From positions 32,001-96,000 of the IMG/VR virus record IMGVR_UViG_3300048851_000105: DNA of 64,000 nucleotides; one strand, 5' to 3'. Origin of the DNA: a virus. Below the pieces are notes generated by a model. The model was not told where the DNA came from, did not search any database, and saw only the letters and a list, made by a program, of their open reading frames with translations. How positions within the stretch are numbered: position 1 is the first letter of the stretch; every line of letters begins with the position of its first letter. Of the stretch, positions 1 through 10,355 are shown piece after piece. The position numbers and the translations under genes are program-made.

Positions 1-56
1 CGTGACTCCGGTCAGCAATCCGCAGGACCGCGTCACCCACATGAGAGAAGAAGAAC

Positions 57-1154
57 ATGCCTGAAATCGACTACGGCAAGGCCAACGCCAAGGTCTCGAA
101 GATCAACTACGACTACCCCAAGTTGAAGTTGGGCAAGGACGAGAAGGCACGCATCGTGCTCATCGAGAAGAGCCCGGTCTTCGAGTGGGTGCACGAACTC
201 CGGCGTCCCAAGATCGTCGACGGCGTCCCCCAGATGGAGACGAAGCAGCGCCGCGACAAGACCGAGTACCAGGACCACGTCATGGACTTCCTCTCGAAGC
301 CCATCTGCCTCGGTGACGCGGGCACGCTCGACAACGACGGCCTCGACCCGAAGAACTGCCCGGTCTGCGCGCTCGCCAAGCGCAACCCGGATGCCACCAA
401 GGCTCCGGTCCGTCGCTTCGCCACGCACGTCATCCGCTACCAGACGCGCGGCGGCACGTATGACATCACCAACCCGTTCAGCGTCGAGGTGCTCGTGTGG
501 TCGTTCACCGAGCGCATGTTCGCCCAGATCAGCGAGTTCCGCGAGGACTGGGGCGACCTGCGTGCGAAGGACCTCAACCTGCTGTGCACGAACCAGACCT
601 TCCAGAACTACGACATCAACGTCGCGTCGAAGACCGAGTACCTCACGGACGACGCGCGTACGCAGATCGTGAAGGCCGCGTACGCGAACAACCGCATCGA
701 GGACCTCACGATCGCCTGCGGTCGGCAGACGGAGGAGCGCTGGCTCCTCTCGGACATCCAGAAGATCGAGGAGGCGTGGGCCGAGGTCAGCGCGATCAAG
801 CGGGGCTCGCCGTCGACCACGTCGCTCATGGACGACCTCGGCGCCATCGCACAGCAGGACGGCCAGTGGGCCGCGCAGGCGCCCGCCGCCGACGAGCCCG
901 CGTCCAGTGCACCGGCTCAGGCCGTGCAGCAGGCTCAGAAGCCCGCTCCTGCGGCGTCTTCGACCGACCTCGACGCTATGTTCGACGGCATCGACACGGC
1001 TCCGGCTCGTGAGAAGATCACGGACGAGCCCGCGGCCGAGGAGATCACTCCGGAAGCGCCCGCGCCCGAGGCACCGAAGTCCGCTCCCGCCGCCCCTGCT
1101 CCGGCAGCCGCGGCGAACGTGACCGACGACCTCGACGCCCTGCTCGGCGCGTAA
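57..1154 (+). CDS. Putative single-stranded DNA-binding protein (gp32-like)
   Basis: N-terminal domain with H/C residues (ICL...NCPVC), Ala/Pro-rich linker and acidic tail ending DDLDALLGA; sits upstream of resolvase and recA. Confidence 0.65.
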   Translation: MPEIDYGKANAKVSKINYDYPKLKLGKDEKARIVLIEKSPVFEWVHELRRPKIVDGVPQMETKQRRDKTEYQDHVMDFLSKPICLGDAGTLDNDGLDPKNCPVCALAKRNPDATKAPVRRFATHVIRYQTRGGTYDITNPFSVEVLVWSFTERMFAQISEFREDWGDLRAKDLNLLCTNQTFQNYDINVASKTEYLTDDARTQIVKAAYANNRIEDLTIACGRQTEERWLLSDIQKIEEAWAEVSAIKRGSPSTTSLMDDLGAIAQQDGQWAAQAPAADEPASSAPAQAVQQAQKPAPAASSTDLDAMFDGIDTAPAREKITDEPAAEEITPEAPAPEAPKSAPAAPAPAAAANVTDDLDALLGA

Positions 1155-1753
1155 TGCGCGCGCTCGTCGGGGACCTGGCCGCCACCTTCTCTGCGTTCCA
1201 GATCAGGGATGGCAGCCAGGTCCTCGTCGAGTGGGACACCCGGGGGGAGACTCCCTTCGGCACGGCCAAGAAGATTCGGCGGATGGCCGACGAGTACGCG
1301 GTCGACCTGATCTTGCTGGAGACCGTCCCGCAGCGGGTCAAGTTCCATATCGACCGCATCTTTCGGCTCCAGGGCATCATCTTCGCCTACCTGCACCCGT
1401 ACTTCGAGGGCGACCGAATCTTCTTGGTGTTCCCGCAGACGTGGCAGAAGCATTACCCAGGCGTAGGGAGCATTCCCAAGGGCGTGGACGTCCCGAAGGC
1501 CCATCGAGACGCGTGGAGGGCTGAGGAGGCCCGGAAGCACGCACTGGCTCGCGGTTACGCGCCGCCCGACCTCGTCGAGCAGTACATCGCGAGCCTCCCA
1601 GAGGGGGCGAGGGTGCTGAAGAAGCACACTGACCCTCTCGCCAAGAGCATGACGGACTACGTCGATGCCTTCCTCATCGGGGACTGGCTCTACTCAATCG
1701 GCACCGTTGACGAACTGAGGCGTACCACAGGCGTACAGCCTCCCATGATCTAG
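1154..1753 (+). CDS. RuvC-like Holliday junction resolvase
   Basis: RuvC-type acidic pattern: N-terminal VGDLA, ILLE, PQTWQK, C-terminal DYVDAFLIG; TAATG overlap with the SSB gene. Confidence 0.6.
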   Translation: MRALVGDLAATFSAFQIRDGSQVLVEWDTRGETPFGTAKKIRRMADEYAVDLILLETVPQRVKFHIDRIFRLQGIIFAYLHPYFEGDRIFLVFPQTWQKHYPGVGSIPKGVDVPKAHRDAWRAEEARKHALARGYAPPDLVEQYIASLPEGARVLKKHTDPLAKSMTDYVDAFLIGDWLYSIGTVDELRRTTGVQPPMI

Positions 1754-1767
1754 AGAGAAGATTCCTC

Positions 1768-2073
1768 ATGTCCGACGAGAAGAAGGTCCGCATCGTTCCG
1801 CCCGAGCAGGTCGTGCCCGACTACTTCCAGCCGTACTCGCAGGTGGAGCACGGCTACCGCAACCCCAACGGCGGTGAAATCTGGGGACCTGCCTACGTCG
1901 GCAACACGGTTGTCTCCCTCGCGGACGCGGCCGGACGCGGCCGGTTCCTGGATCATCGGCGCCGCGAGGTGGAGCGTCTCGGCGTGCTCTGGGACGCCAA
2001 GAAGATGGCTCCGGTGTTCATCCAGCGGACGCGAACGGTGACGTTCGACGAGCCGACCGAGGTGGAGGAGTGA
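1768..2073 (+). CDS. Hypothetical protein
   Basis: ORF with purine-rich leader; GTGA overlap with recA. Confidence 0.6.
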   Translation: MSDEKKVRIVPPEQVVPDYFQPYSQVEHGYRNPNGGEIWGPAYVGNTVVSLADAAGRGRFLDHRRREVERLGVLWDAKKMAPVFIQRTRTVTFDEPTEVEE

Positions 2074-3332
2074 GCCCGGCAGCCAAGGCAGTGGCGAAGG
2101 CCAAGCCGGACGAACTCGACGCGCTCTTCGACAAGGCCGAGGCGAAGTACGGCTCCCCGGTCGGCACGCTCGACGCGATCGGCTCGGATGCCCAGTTCAT
2201 CTCGACGGGCAACATGTCCTTCGACCTCGCGCTCGGCGGCGGCTTCCCCATGGGGCGCCTCGTGGAACTGGCCGGGCCTCCCTCGTGTGGCAAGACCACG
2301 CTCGCGAGCATGGCCGTCGCGATCCTCCAGCAGATCATCCTCTCCGGGGGCGACCCCTCGCGAGGCATCAAGCCAGACGACGTCATCCTCTACCTCGACT
2401 TCGAGAACGCCGTCGACAAGCAGTACATGCGCAAACTCGGCATCGACACGAAGGACCGCAGCCTGCGCTTCACCCAGCCTGACTTCCTCGAAGACGGCGC
2501 CGCGCTCACGCTCGCAGCGATCCGCACCGGCCGCGTTCGCATGGTGGTGGTCGACTCCGTCGCGGCCATGAACCCCCGCGCGGTCGCGGAGGCAGAGGTC
2601 GGCAAGCCGCTCCCCGCGATCATGGCGAAGATTCTGACGCCGTGGGCGACCACGCTCCAGAACGAGGCCAAGGAGAACAACTGCCTGGTCATCTTCATCA
2701 ACCACCAGAAGGAGGTCATGGAGATGGGCGGCGGCAGCAAGCCGGGCGTGAAGGTCTACAACACCCCCGGCGGCTCGGCGCTGAAGTATTTCCAGTCGCA
2801 GCGGCTCTCCTTCCGTCAGGGCACGAAGAACTACACCGACTACAAGGACCCCGTGCTGAAGGAGACCGAGCGCCGGGTGACCAGCATCGACATCCGCATG
2901 ACGGTCGAGAAGAACAAGGTGGCCCCGCCCTACCGCAAGGCGCTCGCGCGCGTGCGAGAGAACCGTGGCTTCGACAACTTCTGGTCGGCCATGTCGATCC
3001 TGCTCGCGCACCGTCTCGTCGTCGGCGAGGCCGGAGGCATGTTCTACTTCCACCGCCTCGCGGAGCACGGGCTCGTCGAGGACTGGATGACGATGAGCGC
3101 GGCGAAGGCCAAGACCGAGCCACGCCCCTACATCCGCGGCCTCGACAACGTCTACGCCATGGCGGACACCCACCCCGAGTGGCGCGAGCGCGTCATCATG
3201 TTCACCGAGGGCATCCTCCCCGACATCATCAAGACGGACGAGGACATGGACGTGGCGGCGCCGATCGAAGAGGCCGACGAGACCACGACCGCAGCGCTCG
3301 CCGAGTTCGACGCCATCGAGGACGGCTCCTGA
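2070..3332 (+). CDS. recA: RecA/UvsX-family recombinase
   Basis: ISTGNMSFDLALGGGFPMGRLVELAGPPSCGKTT (Walker A), VVVDSVAA (Walker B), IFINH, TPGGSALKY, KNKVAPP. Confidence 0.95.
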   Translation: MSPAAKAVAKAKPDELDALFDKAEAKYGSPVGTLDAIGSDAQFISTGNMSFDLALGGGFPMGRLVELAGPPSCGKTTLASMAVAILQQIILSGGDPSRGIKPDDVILYLDFENAVDKQYMRKLGIDTKDRSLRFTQPDFLEDGAALTLAAIRTGRVRMVVVDSVAAMNPRAVAEAEVGKPLPAIMAKILTPWATTLQNEAKENNCLVIFINHQKEVMEMGGGSKPGVKVYNTPGGSALKYFQSQRLSFRQGTKNYTDYKDPVLKETERRVTSIDIRMTVEKNKVAPPYRKALARVRENRGFDNFWSAMSILLAHRLVVGEAGGMFYFHRLAEHGLVEDWMTMSAAKAKTEPRPYIRGLDNVYAMADTHPEWRERVIMFTEGILPDIIKTDEDMDVAAPIEEADETTTAALAEFDAIEDGS

Positions 3333-3499
3333 GATGAGCGTGGATCAGATCGCCGCTTCGACTTCACCGGGTGCGGACTGTGCATGCTGCGCTATCCGGA
3401 TGACTACGACTACTCCGAAGATTTCTCGAATTCTTGATCTCGTAGCCATTTCATGAAATGATCGCTTCAGGTCAAGCACACACGAACGAAGGAGATTCC

Positions 3500-4660
3500 A
3501 TGACCATCACCGTCGAGCAGATGCGGGAGAAGTTGATCCCGATCGGCGATCTCGTCGACCGCCTCGGGACCACCGAGCCGCTCAGCACGCAGGACATCAA
3601 CAACGAGACGCCCGTCCGGTTCCGTCTCCAGCCCGGCTGGGAGACGGACCTCGAAGCGACGTCGGACACCGCGCCGGTCAACGCCTTCATCACAGTCGCC
3701 GGGCAGGAGCGCCAACTCACCAAGGAGGCCGCGCTCCAGGCCACCAGCCAGGTCGGCGTTCCCATGGCGCTCGTGAAGAAGACCCCGGGCTCGCTCATCG
3801 AGCCGATCCTCAACCACTTCTGGGACTCGGGTCTCGGAGGCACGGAGTACAAGGCCCTGTCGGTCGGCGACACCGTGTCGGCGTTCACGAAGGCCACGAT
3901 CACCCCGTTCTCGAACCTCGAACTGGTCGAGCGCATCACGTCGGCCGTCGAGAAGCGCTACGGCGCCAGCGCTCGCGTGTTCGCGGACTACAAGTTCTCG
4001 CACACGCTCCAGTCGACCGACGTCCGGCTCATCCTCCCCGACATCCAGGAGACCATCCGGGACAGCGGCATGGGCGACGTGCCGGACAGCAGCGAGGACA
4101 TCTGGCTCGGTGGCATGCACCTGCACAACTCCCTCGTGGGCAAGGGCCAGACGACGATCGAGCCCTACCTGTTCCGCTGGTGGTGCACGAACGGCTGCAC
4201 GACCGAGCGCCGTGCCGGGATGGTCCACAGCCGCCTCGGCAACGCGGGCCAGGACGCCGAGGGCGCATACGCGTGGGCGGCCACGGCCGTCGACGAGGTG
4301 CTCGGCGGCATGGAGGCCGAGTTCGAGTCCGTGCAGGCCCTCACGAGCCTCTCGGTGGCGGGCAACACCGCGGACGTCCTCGCGGACATCTTCGGCCGCT
4401 ACGACCTCCCCGTGTCCCAGCGTGACGCGATCCGCGAGAACGTCGAGAACCTCACCGGTCCCCTGACGCTCTACTCGATCATGCAGTCCATCACGCAGGT
4501 GGCCAACGATCCCAACCTCGACCAGCGTCGCGCCGATCGCCTCATGCGCATCGGCGGCGCGATCCCGAGCACGGAGTTCGACCCGCTGAAGGCCCGAATC
4601 TTCCGTGAGGGTCAGTCCAACCCGTCCGGCCCCAACCCCTACGAGATTCAGCCTCTCTAG
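3500..4660 (+). CDS. DUF932-like phage protein
   Basis: GAAGGAG RBS; HNSLVGKGQTTIEPYLFRWWCTNG resembles the NS..G..R..CxNG signature of DUF932. Confidence 0.6.
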   Translation: MTITVEQMREKLIPIGDLVDRLGTTEPLSTQDINNETPVRFRLQPGWETDLEATSDTAPVNAFITVAGQERQLTKEAALQATSQVGVPMALVKKTPGSLIEPILNHFWDSGLGGTEYKALSVGDTVSAFTKATITPFSNLELVERITSAVEKRYGASARVFADYKFSHTLQSTDVRLILPDIQETIRDSGMGDVPDSSEDIWLGGMHLHNSLVGKGQTTIEPYLFRWWCTNGCTTERRAGMVHSRLGNAGQDAEGAYAWAATAVDEVLGGMEAEFESVQALTSLSVAGNTADVLADIFGRYDLPVSQRDAIRENVENLTGPLTLYSIMQSITQVANDPNLDQRRADRLMRIGGAIPSTEFDPLKARIFREGQSNPSGPNPYEIQPL

Positions 4661-4672
4661 GGCCCACAGACG

Positions 4673-4712
4673 CCAGGGCCGCGTGCTTCTTCCCCGTCGC
4701 ACGCGGCCCTGG
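4673..4712 (+). terminator. GC-rich hairpin, probable terminator
   Basis: CCAGGGCCGCGTGC / GCACGCGGCCCTGG 14-bp inverted repeat after the stop codon; no U-tract. Confidence 0.55.
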
Positions 4713-4744
4713 TCCATACCCACCAGAGTCCCCAGGAGGACCGT

Positions 4745-5350
4745 ATGACCGTGCAGTTCCAGGCTCCCAAGCCACACGCCCTGTTCTGGATCGACATCGA
4801 GGCCACAGCCCTGTCGAAGAAGAACGACTTCAGCGACGTGCATCCCCTCGAATTGGCCGTCATCGTGACGGACTTCGACCTCGAACCCATGGCGGGCTAC
4901 GAAGCCGTCATCACGCCCACAGCGGAGACAGTGGCCTCCCTGCGCCGGAACCCTCAGGCGCTGGAGATGCACCGCGCCAACGGGCTCGTGGCGGCGCTGA
5001 AGGGCACCACAGAGACCGTGGAGGAGGTCGAGCAGAACCTCATCCAGATGCTGAAGACGAAGACCGCCCTCCAGCCGGGTGAGTTCATGATCGCGGGCTC
5101 CGGCGTCGCCCGCTACGACTACGGTCTCCTCGACAAGTGGATGCCCGCGCTCACCTCGTGGTTCGCCTACTACCCCTTCGACATCGGCGTCATGCGCCGG
5201 ACCGCCAAGATTCTCTCCGGCGGCCGACAGATCGTCGAGCCGAACACGGCGTCGTATGGCGACGAGAAGTTGCACCGTGCTCGTGCCGACGTCGAAGCCC
5301 ACCTGGCCGAAGCGCGCCAGTGGCAGGACTGGTTCCGGAGGGCGTCATGA
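4745..5350 (+). CDS. orn: Oligoribonuclease-like DEDDh 3'-5' exonuclease
   Basis: LFWIDIEAT, LELAVIVTD, AGSGV..YD, HRARADV; AGGAGG RBS. Confidence 0.85.
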   Translation: MTVQFQAPKPHALFWIDIEATALSKKNDFSDVHPLELAVIVTDFDLEPMAGYEAVITPTAETVASLRRNPQALEMHRANGLVAALKGTTETVEEVEQNLIQMLKTKTALQPGEFMIAGSGVARYDYGLLDKWMPALTSWFAYYPFDIGVMRRTAKILSGGRQIVEPNTASYGDEKLHRARADVEAHLAEARQWQDWFRRAS

Positions 5351-5467
5351 GAGCCTCACATGTGGTGTTCCTCGCCAGCATGGTCACGATGGCCGCCGCG
5401 CTCGCCGGGCTCTGCCTCTACATCACCGTGGAGCGCTGGACGTTCTGATTCCGCAGGGGTCATGGTA

Positions 5468-5497
5468 TTGACACCGTGACCCCTGTAACGGTATCGT
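5468..5497 (+). promoter_or_regulatory. SigA-type promoter containing a GTKAC-N4-GTMAC box
   Basis: TTGACA-18 nt-TATCGT with GTGAC CCCT GTAAC in the spacer. Confidence 0.65.
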
Positions 5498-5892
5498 CGG
5501 GAGTGGTCAAGACAGAGAGGATTCCTCGTATGGACTCCAACAAATCATCGCGTGCCAGTCAGGCGCGCATCACGTATCTTGCGCTCGCCATCGCCGCTCT
5601 GCTCGGCGCCGCCCTCCATGTCGAGAGCGGAGACGCCGGTCGGGTGATCCTGCTCATGGTGCTCGCAGCCGGGTTCGTCGCGCTCGCCGTTCGAGCGGGT
5701 CAGGTCGCACGTCGGGAGGACGACCGTGGCGAGTAGCGTCCTTTCCCAGATCGCTGAGGACTTCGCCGAGCAGAAGGTGATCACCTCCAACGTGCGAGGC
5801 ACCGATCCCGATCTCCTCCGCAGCCTGTGGAAGGCCAACGCCCTGGAGGTACTCGCTTTCGCAGTGCCACGCCTCGGCATCGAGGAGGGATC

Positions 5893-6159
5893 GTGAAGAG
5901 TCCCATCTCGTCGAAGACGACGAAGATTCTCCTCGACGGGCTCCGTCTCCAGGAGTGCTCCGTGCGGCCCACCACCAACGGCTGGCACATCCTCTTCCCG
6001 AACGGCGCGGGCACGTCGCTGCACCGCACCCTGTCCGACTGGCGGGCACTGAAGAACTTCCGCTCGATCGTGCGACAGCAGGGTCTCGTGTGGCCGCTCG
6101 ACAAAGAAGAGTTCAGCCAACTTGCACAGAAGTCCCGCAGGGGCGTACAACAGGCATGA
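5893..6159 (+). CDS. Orphan HicA-like (dsRBD-fold) protein
   Basis: GAGGAGG RBS; RPTTNGWHILFPNG..TSLHRTLSDWRALKNFRS matches the actinophage HicA-like pattern; no hicB next to it. Confidence 0.6.
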   Translation: MKSPISSKTTKILLDGLRLQECSVRPTTNGWHILFPNGAGTSLHRTLSDWRALKNFRSIVRQQGLVWPLDKEEFSQLAQKSRRGVQQA

Positions 6160-6373
6160 CGTCGCAGTGCTTCCCCCCTGTCACACGACGTCAGGAGGCC
6201 CCTCACTCCCCCTGAGGGGCCTCCACCCACAGACTCGGGACGTCACCCTGGAGGGGGACGTCCCGAGGGCAGAGAGCGGAGACCTGGGGGCTTTCGCAAT
6301 GACCTGCCGGGGGCCGGAGAGGTTCGCTGTAATCGCATCGGGTGCGAGCAGCGACAGGGACTCTACGGCCCCC
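6156..6373 (+). ncRNA. Candidate structured RNA: five contiguous hairpins
   Basis: Stems 6157-64/6186-93, 6194-6205/6213-24, 6234-44/6257-67, 6268-72/6304-08, 6309-16/6366-73; G.U pairs favour the + strand; starts right after a GCGTACAACAGGC motif. Confidence 0.65.
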
Positions 6374-6408
6374 AACTCCCATTTCTCGAAATGACTGGAC
6401 ACGACACC

Positions 6409-6463
6409 GTGACAGGTGTAACGTAGTTCATGTCAGAGAGTCCGCTTCTGGAAGGAGCACCCC
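6409..6463 (+). promoter_or_regulatory. Repeated promoter/operator plus 5'UTR cassette
   Basis: GTGAC AGGT GTAAC followed by CCGCTTCTGGAAGGAGCACCCC before a GTG start. Confidence 0.75.
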
Positions 6464-6999
6464 GTGCCGATCATCAAACAGCGATCCCGCAATCGCTTCG
6501 CCGCCCCTCTTCGAGAGAAGACGGTGGACGAACTCCTGTGGGCCATCCGCAACGGCCGCGGTGACGCAGCCGAGGCCGCTCAGGTCCTGCGGGCTCTGGG
6601 CTGGACGGACGAGCAGATCGCCGTGCAGGTGCAGCGATGAGCCCCGCACGTCAGGTCGTGAAGGCGCCGTCCTGGATGACGGGTGATCCCTTCCAGGGCC
6701 ACCTCGTCGAAGTCGAGGCTCGCCCCGATCCCGGCATCTACGAGTCTGCCTACGACGTCTACATCGACGGCCGCAAGATCGCCCGCGTCGTCAGCGACCA
6801 CGTCGAATCCAACGTCCCCGCCGGACGTGGAGGAATGCTTCGCCGCGTTATCGGCCACCCGAAGAAGTGGTGGATCGATTTCGTGTACCACAACCCCAGC
6901 CACGAGGCAGTGCGCGGCCACCGACTGAAGACCGACACGCGCGCCCAGACCGTCGTCCGCGTTTTCCGCAACCACTTCGACCCCAAGGAGTCCTGAACC

Positions 7000-7491
7000 A
7001 TGGCACGAGAACTGAAGGTCTATTCCTTCATCGGAAGTCGCGGCAGGATCGTCCGCGAGTGGCTCGGAGAGGAGTTCCGAGGACACGACCAGTCCCACGA
7101 GGTCATCGCGGCCCACTCGGCCGCTGAAGCCGTTCGGATCATCGCGCAGAGCGAGCGCTACCGCGGCATCAAGCGACCGAATCAGTTGCACAACTTCGGC
7201 GAGACGTGGAACGACAGTGACACGCAAACGGCTATGGCAGAGCCGCTCACCCTCCTCTGGGCGCCACTCTCGGAGGCTGGACTGGGAGACTTCTTCCGTC
7301 GCATTGATCTCACTCCGTCCGGCCAGGCTGAGCCTCGACTCAATCCGCTCTACATCGAAGACCCCGAGGAGCGAGCGGCTGCGATGAGCGCGAAGCGCCG
7401 CGCTGATAGCGAGGCCTACCGTGCTCGCGAGGCCGAGAAGATCGCACAGGAACGTCGCGATCGAATGGAGGCGGCCCGCAATGCCCGCTGA
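7000..7491 (+). CDS. Hypothetical protein
   Basis: AAGGAG RBS; GC3-rich codons. Confidence 0.6.
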   Translation: MARELKVYSFIGSRGRIVREWLGEEFRGHDQSHEVIAAHSAAEAVRIIAQSERYRGIKRPNQLHNFGETWNDSDTQTAMAEPLTLLWAPLSEAGLGDFFRRIDLTPSGQAEPRLNPLYIEDPEERAAAMSAKRRADSEAYRAREAEKIAQERRDRMEAARNAR

Positions 7492-8032
7492 GACCCCCGA
7501 CTTCAGCAAGGCCCTCCCAGGCGAGTGGCTGGTCAAGAAGACGTCCCGCTTCCCCGCCGTGTACAACCGCGTGCAGGTCGTGCGGCTCACCAAGACACAG
7601 ATCATCGTCAAGGGCAAGCGCGACGTCGAGCAACGCTTTCGTCTCGACGGGAGCGAGGTCAACAAGCGCTCACGCTGGGACCTGCCTGACTGCCTGCTCT
7701 GGCCCTCCGACATGGAGGCGCGGGAGGGTCGGCACCGCCAGGGCATGGCTCGCTACAAGGTCGAGGTGATCAAGTACGCCGAGCAGTTCGCCGCGCAGCC
7801 CACGGCCTGGAACGCCACAGAGTTGAAGAGGATCGTCGGCGAGATGGCCGCGTACAACGAGCAGAACAATCCTCACCCGGAACCCTAGACACGGCACCGT
7901 CACTCGTGTAACATTAGTGATGTGGCCGCGGGTGTCCTGTCTCCGCTAATCCACCTCATGAGCCCCTGGTCTTCCCTGACTGGGGGCTCTTCCAATGCTG
8001 GCATCGTGGGTAAATGGGGGCGTATCACAGGC

Positions 8033-8344
8033 ATGAGCCTCCGACCCGTGTACGTCATCGACGACCAGAAGCGGGTCACTCTGGGCTCTCTGGCCGAGCC
8101 GGGCGCCTACTTCGACGTGGAGGTCGACGACGGCTCGCTCGTGCTCCAGCCGAGCCCACACGGCCGCGTGAAGGTGGACGCACGCCGGAGACTCGCTCTG
8201 GGCCGGAAGGCAGCAGCGGGTGCGATGTTCCGCGCGGACGTGTACGCTGACGGCAGGATCGTTCTGGCACCTCTGTTGCTGATCGATCCGAGCACGATGT
8301 CGCCGGAACTTCTGGCTGAGGTTAGGGCTCACATCATTTCATGA
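8033..8344 (+). CDS. Tandem AbrB/MraZ-like DNA-binding protein
   Basis: Two repeats: VIDDQKRVTLG..PGAYFDVEV and KVDARRRLALG..AGAMFRADV..GRIVLAP; ATG abuts GCGTATCACAGGC. Confidence 0.6.
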   Translation: MSLRPVYVIDDQKRVTLGSLAEPGAYFDVEVDDGSLVLQPSPHGRVKVDARRRLALGRKAAAGAMFRADVYADGRIVLAPLLLIDPSTMSPELLAEVRAHIIS

Positions 8345-8413
8345 AATGAGTGATGTGATGCAGGGTAGTAAGGTTTGTGTGACCTGCACGCCACACAGCA
8401 CCCTGGAGAAAAA

Positions 8414-8638
8414 ATGCCCCGCCATCCTGAGTCCGGTATCGTCTTCACCCTGGCCGTCGAAACGGTGCGAGATGCCGTCGCCAACAGCGAGACCAAGAAG
8501 CAGGCCTACGTCGACAGCCTGGCCGCTCGTGACGATGTCATCCGTGACGCAGCGAAGTACCTGCCCTACCCGAGGCTGATGGAGATCACCGGCCTCGGAC
8601 GCGAGACACTCAGTCGCATCGTCAACAGGCGCAAGTGA
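8414..8638 (+). CDS. Small helix-turn-helix protein
   Basis: GGAG RBS; C-terminal YPRLMEITGLGRETLSRIV HTH. Confidence 0.6.
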   Translation: MPRHPESGIVFTLAVETVRDAVANSETKKQAYVDSLAARDDVIRDAAKYLPYPRLMEITGLGRETLSRIVNRRK

Positions 8639-8660
8639 CGATCCGACGCGTATCACAGGC

Positions 8661-9710
8661 ATGCTGAACGCAATCGAGGTCAGGCACTTCCAGAGCCTCC
8701 ACCATGTCGCGCTGGAACTGGCGCCCTTCACGGTCATCGTGGGGCCCTCCTCCAGCGGCAAGAGCGCGCTCGGGCGTGCCGTGCGCATGCTCACCTCCAA
8801 CGCTCGCGGATCGTCCTTCATCACCCACGGGGAGACCGTGTGCACAGTGTCGGCTACGACCGAGCATGGCCAGGTCACCCTGCGCAAGGGCAAGGAAGAT
8901 TCCTACGTCGTCGTGCCCTCCGATCCCGAGCAGACGCAGCGCACCTTCACCAAGTTGGGTGGCGCCGTGCCGGAGGAGGTCAGCACCTTCCTGGGCATCC
9001 CGCCGAAGGACGCCATCAACTACGCCGGGCAGTTCGACCGGCCGTACCTCCTCGACGACACGGGCAATGAGGTCGCACGCACGCTGGGCGAACTGACCAA
9101 CGTCACGATGGTCTTCGAGGCCGCACGCGAGAGCCGCCGAGCAGGACTCGCGCAGTCCTCCACCCTGAAGACCCGGCGCAGTGACCTCGCGGCCGACGAG
9201 GCGCGCGTCGACGAGTACCGCGGGCTGAAGGGTCAGCGCGAGGCTCTGGACCGAGCCGAGACAGCGATCTCGGAGGCAGGCCGCATCCGTGCACGCATCG
9301 AGCGACTCACACACCTCACGACCTCCCTGGCGTCCGCAGGAGCCGCGCTGAGGGCCATCGAGGACCTGCCCGCCGTACCGGACATCCAACGCGTGCGAGA
9401 GGCGCAGAAGGTCGCACAGCGCCTCGCACGTCTCCGCGACCTCGTGGCTGGGCTGAAGCCTCTCCCGCAGGTGCCAGCCGCTCCGCCGAGCGCGGACGCA
9501 GCCCGAGCGATCGTGGCTCGCATCGATCGCTTCCAGACTCTTCGCGAGCAGATGCTCGCTACCGAGGAGATCGCCAGTGCAGCGGACGACGCCTGGCAGG
9601 CAGCCATGGAGGCTCGTGCTGACGCGGAAGCCGATCGGCTCCGAATCTTGTCTGAGGCGGGCACCTGCCCGACCTGTGGTCAGAACACCAAACACCTGGA
9701 GCACGCATGA
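8661..9710 (+). CDS. SbcC/Rad50-like ATPase, N-terminal half
   Basis: IEVRHFQS, Walker A GPSSSGKS, Q-loop AGQFD, coiled coil ending at zinc-hook CPTCGQ; no signature motif or Walker B. Confidence 0.85.
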   Translation: MLNAIEVRHFQSLHHVALELAPFTVIVGPSSSGKSALGRAVRMLTSNARGSSFITHGETVCTVSATTEHGQVTLRKGKEDSYVVVPSDPEQTQRTFTKLGGAVPEEVSTFLGIPPKDAINYAGQFDRPYLLDDTGNEVARTLGELTNVTMVFEAARESRRAGLAQSSTLKTRRSDLAADEARVDEYRGLKGQREALDRAETAISEAGRIRARIERLTHLTTSLASAGAALRAIEDLPAVPDIQRVREAQKVAQRLARLRDLVAGLKPLPQVPAAPPSADAARAIVARIDRFQTLREQMLATEEIASAADDAWQAAMEARADAEADRLRILSEAGTCPTCGQNTKHLEHA

Positions 9711-10355
9711 CCAGCATCAACGACATGCCATGGAACGGAAAGCCCGTGATCGAGAGACTCGCCGAAGAAGGAATCCTCATCCCGGCCCCTGAGCCCGTGA
9801 AGCGCCCCTGGCGCTCCCACTGGCCCTACGCCGTGTTCGGCTTCCTGTTCTCCTGTCTCATCGCTTCCTGGTACATCAGGCAGGACCACGACCTCATCGT
9901 CATGGCGATCATCGGCATCGCGCTGTTCGTGATGGGAGCGGTCACGCAGCGTGTGGCAGGCAACACCATCATCGCCATGGCCAAGGAGCGTGCGCGCCGA
10001 CAGGACGAGCAGGTGCGAGCCATCGCACAAGCCGCCATGGAATTCCGCAGAGAGAACGGCCGCTGGCCGGGAGAGGACCACACATCATGACCATCCTGGA
10101 GACCGTGATCCGGAACCAGAGCCCCACCTACAACTTGGCCATGCCCGACCTCCTGGAGTTGCTGAAGGAGGTCGAGGAACTGGCGCCACTCGTGCACGTC
10201 GAACTCACGATCGAGACCAGCATCCAGGTCTCTCGCGCTATGGTGATCGACGGTCGGACCGTGGGCGGCACCTCTAGCGTCCAGGCCTCCGTTCGCGCAT
10301 GCTTCGCGTCCACCGGGCACAACTGGGACATCCTCGCCGAGGCGGTGCTGAACGC

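Noticed and set aside
1953-5302. Long minus-strand ORFs (1953-3173, 3467-5302; likewise 36685-38376 and + strand 55972-57126, 57226-58842)
   Set aside because: Antisense shadows of real genes in GC3-rich DNA; no motifs or RBS
8661-9710. Split intein or pseudogene explanation for the truncated sbcC
   Set aside because: No intein terminal motifs; both halves keep intact catalytic motifs and normal codon bias
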